Positions 60,501-64,000 of a stretch of DNA of 64,000 nt are shown here, in pieces. Positions within the stretch are counted from its first letter, which is position 1, and every line of letters begins with the position of its first letter. This DNA is from a virus (taxonomy: Duplodnaviria > Caudoviricetes), in IMG/VR virus record IMGVR_UViG_3300031992_000070, positions 16,912-80,911 of that record; one strand, written 5' to 3'. The translations under genes and the position numbers were made by a program. The notes under the pieces were generated by a model. That model was not told where the DNA came from. It made no database searches and saw only the letters and a list, made by a program, of their open reading frames with translations.

Positions 60501-63500
60501 AATGTTACCGAGGGAGGTGTTACACATCCGAAGCTTGAAATCAAAGCCGAAGTCAGCCTTTCAAGTACGTTTGGCGGTAAAAGTTTTGAAGAACTTGTTG
60601 TTGAGTACGCACCAGAAGGATGGACGGAGGAAGAGATAACCCAGCTTATTGTTGACGAGACAGACCCGATGTTTAGTGATATAGAAACCGCGCTCGACAC
60701 CATTCAGAGGCAGGTAGACGGCAGTATATCCACATGGTTCTATGACGGTGCGCCGACATTGAGCAACCTGCCTGCATCGCAGTGGGATACGGCAGACAAG
60801 AAGAACGAGCACTTGGGTGACCTCTACTACGACAACCTTACAGGCTACGGATACAGATTCAAGTATGATGAAACAAGCCGCCAGTGGAGTTGGGTGCGCA
60901 TAACTGATGTCGATGTTACAAAGGCACTCGCCGATGCCGCAAAGGCACAGGATACGGCAGACCACAAGCGCAGGGTGTTCGTCGTTCAGCCGACACCGCC
61001 TTATGACCAAGGCGACCTATGGGTAAACGCAACATACCCTAGCGGGAATACCGAAACGAATGCAGCACAGAACAAATACTATAACGATGTCCTTCGTTGT
61101 AATACTACCAAGGCTAGCGGCACTACGTTTGCCATAGCAGACTGGGAACTTGCATCAAAGTACACTGATGACGGCAAGCTGAATGCATTCCTGAACGGAT
61201 ATTCTGGTACGCTTACCGCAATAACAGAACAGATTGACAAGAAGTCGGAAACGTGGTATCAGGGCACTGACCCTTCAACAGCATGGACTACGGTAGATGC
61301 GAAAGAACAGCATGTAGGCGACTTGTGGTATGATACAACCAACAAAATCCAATACATCTACAACGATAACGGCCAGTCCGCTAATCCTCGTTTCTCTTGG
61401 GGCGAAACGGAGTTCGATGTACCGCAAGACGTATATGACCTCATAGACGGCAAGAACTCAATCTATACCGTATGGGGTGCTTGGGTGGTTGACGGTGTAA
61501 ACCAACTTTTGGAACGTGATTTGTTCATACCAGCTACCGACACGACACAAGGAAGCGTTACGTACAAGGCGAACAAGGTCTACAGGTGCATTAATACCAA
61601 CCCTGTCGCTTTCCAAGAGATAAACTACACGGATGATACCGCCTTCAACAATTTCTTTGCAAATACCTATCAGCCTTTCGTAACGCAGATACAGAGTCAG
61701 GTTGACGGCAAGGCCGAGACATGGTATCAGGCAACAGACCCGTCAGCGGCATGGAATACAAGCGCGTTGAGGCAGGCTCACGTAGGCGATATATGGCACA
61801 ACACAAGTTCAGCAACCGTCAGCGGTGTGGAAGCTGGACAGGATGCTATATGGAGTGGCAGTGATTGGAAACCGAGTACCGTTCCGCAGGAAGTGTACGA
61901 CAAGATAGACGGCAAGGCAGACATATTCGTTTCAAAGCCTTCAACGTACAATGCCAACGACATGTGGATTATAGAAAGCGGCTTGGCTTCTAGCGACATG
62001 CCTTCTGGCTGTGTTGTTGGTGACATCGTAATATCAAGTGCAGCACGAAAAAATTCCTATACAAAGTCAGACTGGAAGAAGAAAGACCGCTACACGGACG
62101 ATTCTTCGTTGATTGCATTCATTGGCGGGTACACTGGAACGGCACAGGAACTACAGAATCAGATAGACAAGAAAGCCGAGACTTGGTATCAGGCCACAAA
62201 TCCTGCAAGTGCATCTGGATGGGTTGCCGAAGACCACGTTGGCGACCTTTGGTATTGCACCGCAGACATCAGCGGAACGTCATACAAGGCAGGTACTACA
62301 TGGTACTACAAGGACAACGGTGCTAGCGCAAACCCGCGCTACGCATGGGTTCAGCAGGATATACCAGATGCAGTGTTCGACATGATTGACGGTAAGGCGC
62401 AAATATTTGTGTCGCAGCCGTCGAACTATCATGCAAAGGACTTATGGATACTTGCCGCAGACACTACGGTCAACGGTGTAGCCTGCAAGCAGGGCGAGGT
62501 TCTTGTGTCAAGTGCCGACTCGACTACATACAATCAAGCCCACTGGTCGCGTAAGTTGCGCTACACGGACGATTCTGCACTCAACACGTTCCTCAATGGT
62601 TATGCTGGCACGCTTACGGGTATTACAACCTTGATTACCAATGCACAGAACGCGGCAGATGCGGCTCAACAGAGTGCAGACGATGCGAATGCGCTTGCCG
62701 CAACGGCCAACTATCTTAAACAGGCATTTCTTGACAACACAGGACAAGCACAGACAACGGACATTACTGGCGGTTTGGTGCTTTCTACAATCGTTGCCCT
62801 TCGTGATGCTAACAAGAAAGTGTGGTCTGGTATCAGCGGTGCTTACCAAGCGCAGGAAACGGGGACTGGTTACAAAGGTCACGGCATAGCTGCATGGTAC
62901 GGCGGCGGTATGGTTGACGGAGAGGTAAGCACATCTTCATCTAACGCTGCAAAGTCGCTGTTCCGCTTCGACGGTTCTGGCTATGTTGCAAGCAAGAATA
63001 TTTCTTGGGACAAGAATGGTAACGTCACGATACAGGGATACTCAATCAATGCAACGACGTTGCAAATGGGTGGAAGCAATGTTGTAACAGAAAGTGTGCT
63101 TTCAAACTACGTCACCATTGCAACCGCACAGACGATTACTGGCGCAAAGACATTCGGAACGGCAGACGGCTCTTACATACAAATAGGTGCTGTACGCATC
63201 GTTTACGATGCAACGAACAATGCACTTAAAATCGTCGGAAGCAACGGCAGTTCTGCTGCTAATTTATATGCAACTGGTAGCGTAAGTGCCCTTGGTGCTG
63301 GAAGCGGTGGTTCAAGCGGTGGCGGTGATGTTACTTGGGCTTTGCTTGCGTCGAGCAGTGATACCCGCCAGATAGCGCTTTCGCATCTTACAACGGCATT
63401 GTCAAGCTACGCCACTCAGTCATGGGTGCTTTCCCAGATTGCGGGTTCTTCTACTGGCGGCACGGTGACCGCTGTTAAGGTCGGTACAACAACATATAGC

Positions 63501-64000
63501 CCTACCGATGGTGTGGTAACGTTGCCTGTTCTGCCTTTGACTGGTGGAACGATAACAGGAAATAGCGGCGATACACCACTTCGAATAAAACAAACTGGAT
63601 ATAATGCTACATGGATAGGTTTTGAGGATGCTGACGGGACTATTGGCTATTTGGGTGTACACAAGACACTAGGAGCGGTGGTCTATCAAAATTCATTGCC
63701 TAAAAAAATTTGGCATGAAAATAACGATGGAAGTGGTAGCGGGTTGGATGCAGACTTGCTTGATGGACAGCATGGAAGCTATTATGCGAAGGCTGCTGAT
63801 GCAACAACTTTACAAGGATATTTTACAAATGGTGTTGCCAATAATGCACAAAATTCTGTATATGCAAATTATCTAAAATGTTATTATAATGATACATTCA
63901 ACACAGTAAATAGGATATACGCTAAGTGGAATGCAGATAAAAGTAGATACGAACTAACGGAAGAGTCTAACAACTACACGGTATATGTTGCAAAGTGTGG
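57516..64000 (+). CDS. Large tail hub/fibre protein (>2160 aa), truncated by the right window edge
   Basis: ATG at 57516 (MAQETIGQNITFEIY). Frame spot-checked at ~60960, ~61200 and 63600-64000; repeats ETWYQ..DP..HVGDLWY and fibre motif KIWHENNDGSGSGLDADLLDG. Confidence 0.85.
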   Translation, partial: MAQETIGQNITFEIYNADGTSFNGLVLHKSTFESVVMSLGDKITGDVYYPTNALVVTMQEYIVYKGVKYSLVNPPTIVREGMASDNSELKGMTKYSFTFYHPMYMLANFPFSDVAVSSDQRRYLSENKTFYWIGNLVDYVAKLNKNLEGTEWCVEIGTTVPSEERTKLSEVLSFDKQTIADALKTGYETWEVPYVIDTIASTDSRYLQGKRFLVHFGLPSEEILVENEQHELVPFVFHFGQGVGLKNNSRTPRNNKIVTRIAGYGSETNVPYGYPQIRWIGDASWDFTINNDSDDPHSYPIYDGIMNGEPVRLIKHPFTRSTLMPSIYYDTVNKKVNPYATGYNPSIEIKDYYDADNTYENPINPLEPSYEIHEFEKIKPELGQKSITGVAAYSDKDLEAISLASFLNILDGFQTESEFTKEKEEIDKISSTIGTMQSNSGSVNTRSYYCNWSFTKDERYAYVKFDSNSINFEYTVLMVSPSQSVEWDDSMDGDGNYKQSYFKITLPQLDFDLYACAAITQDMKINMRSGACLGCSFPVAVDWEDYKANFYDEDGNFDPDGSQRDFEKYPNSLRGSITLVVQKDIDTFGTLMPNRYQKPAANDEFVILGISLPYTYVVAAEERLDDDMKQYMRDNNVYYFDYPLKFDEHFLATHTGILEQMKPNIVVRFDYAGTTHALYIKQMSVKFWQSPLPQYDITLTDDVEIVLNQIGRVTDEVSHLRVLLGQGGGSVDLSALDQRYLSKISDDKAKGLITFIRGLQIGENFVSGLLGEGGIFRRDADGTTYLETDKLYVRMRAYFDTVEVRRYIHSGGNRIASKAGIKCTRVEYIDENGNITNDADDAVKFRCYFRANDNGVTITNDFEVNDLAFCKETNVDTESINQHGYWRKVVGVGNTVSDEGELYIDLSASDCQSGSDIPIAQDDIIQLGNTTDTTRQGAIVEYVGGEDAPAYQIYQGINSYSLNNKNYVRFGYDSESGGAQAFIGNPDGSTYLWYHNVTEGGVTHPKLEIKAEVSLSSTFGGKSFEELVVEYAPEGWTEEEITQLIVDETDPMFSDIETALDTIQRQVDGSISTWFYDGAPTLSNLPASQWDTADKKNEHLGDLYYDNLTGYGYRFKYDETSRQWSWVRITDVDVTKALADAAKAQDTADHKRRVFVVQPTPPYDQGDLWVNATYPSGNTETNAAQNKYYNDVLRCNTTKASGTTFAIADWELASKYTDDGKLNAFLNGYSGTLTAITEQIDKKSETWYQGTDPSTAWTTVDAKEQHVGDLWYDTTNKIQYIYNDNGQSANPRFSWGETEFDVPQDVYDLIDGKNSIYTVWGAWVVDGVNQLLERDLFIPATDTTQGSVTYKANKVYRCINTNPVAFQEINYTDDTAFNNFFANTYQPFVTQIQSQVDGKAETWYQATDPSAAWNTSALRQAHVGDIWHNTSSATVSGVEAGQDAIWSGSDWKPSTVPQEVYDKIDGKADIFVSKPSTYNANDMWIIESGLASSDMPSGCVVGDIVISSAARKNSYTKSDWKKKDRYTDDSSLIAFIGGYTGTAQELQNQIDKKAETWYQATNPASASGWVAEDHVGDLWYCTADISGTSYKAGTTWYYKDNGASANPRYAWVQQDIPDAVFDMIDGKAQIFVSQPSNYHAKDLWILAADTTVNGVACKQGEVLVSSADSTTYNQAHWSRKLRYTDDSALNTFLNGYAGTLTGITTLITNAQNAADAAQQSADDANALAATANYLKQAFLDNTGQAQTTDITGGLVLSTIVALRDANKKVWSGISGAYQAQETGTGYKGHGIAAWYGGGMVDGEVSTSSSNAAKSLFRFDGSGYVASKNISWDKNGNVTIQGYSINATTLQMGGSNVVTESVLSNYVTIATAQTITGAKTFGTADGSYIQIGAVRIVYDATNNALKIVGSNGSSAANLYATGSVSALGAGSGGSSGGGDVTWALLASSSDTRQIALSHLTTALSSYATQSWVLSQIAGSSTGGTVTAVKVGTTTYSPTDGVVTLPVLPLTGGTITGNSGDTPLRIKQTGYNATWIGFEDADGTIGYLGVHKTLGAVVYQNSLPKKIWHENNDGSGSGLDADLLDGQHGSYYAKAADATTLQGYFTNGVANNAQNSVYANYLKCYYNDTFNTVNRIYAKWNADKSRYELTEESNNYTVYVAKC

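Noticed and set aside
60700-62600. CRISPR array or DNA tandem repeat
   Set aside because: The repeats are degenerate, in-frame protein repeats with no identical DNA repeat-spacer pattern. I saw no CRISPR array anywhere in the window.
63590-64000. Diversity-generating retroelement variable region
   Set aside because: No reverse transcriptase or template repeat in the window; this cannot be excluded beyond the edge.

Overview
The window is a 64-kb segment of a tailed dsDNA phage (siphovirus-like) of a Bacteroidota host, probably Prevotella-like. The host call rests on repeated TTTG...TAnnTTTG promoters and DUF3127/DUF5675-type genes. Layout: (i) a leftward arm (1-27.5 kb, minus strand) with small early/accessory genes, MoxR-AAA/VWA, a resolvase, an HNH endonuclease, a PAP2 phosphatase plus PI-PLC pair, and RecT/YqaJ/SSB; (ii) a non-coding strand-switch region (27.5-29.3 kb) that may be the genome end or packaging site; (iii) a rightward replication/methylation block (29.4-38.5 kb); (iv) leftward head-tail genes (38.7-52.5 kb); (v) rightward terL, portal, lysis genes and a tail fibre/hub gene of more than 2100 aa that runs off the window. 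Standard genetic code. I saw no CRISPR array, integrase or reverse transcriptase. Most notable: (1) a C5 DNA methyltransferase split into N- and C-terminal polypeptides with six separate 42-56 aa TRD-like mini-ORFs chained between them by near-identical NATGA overlaps, suggesting a modular multi-specific methylase; (2) a set of non-coding RNAs: a 260-nt RNA containing a covarying mimic of the 23S rRNA L11-binding domain (possibly GOLLD-related), several tRNA-like RNAs with aberrant anticodon arms, a hammerhead ribozyme and a ~430-nt structured RNA; (3) three families of dispersed intergenic motifs. All calls were made by eye from the sequence; no database search or folding program was run.
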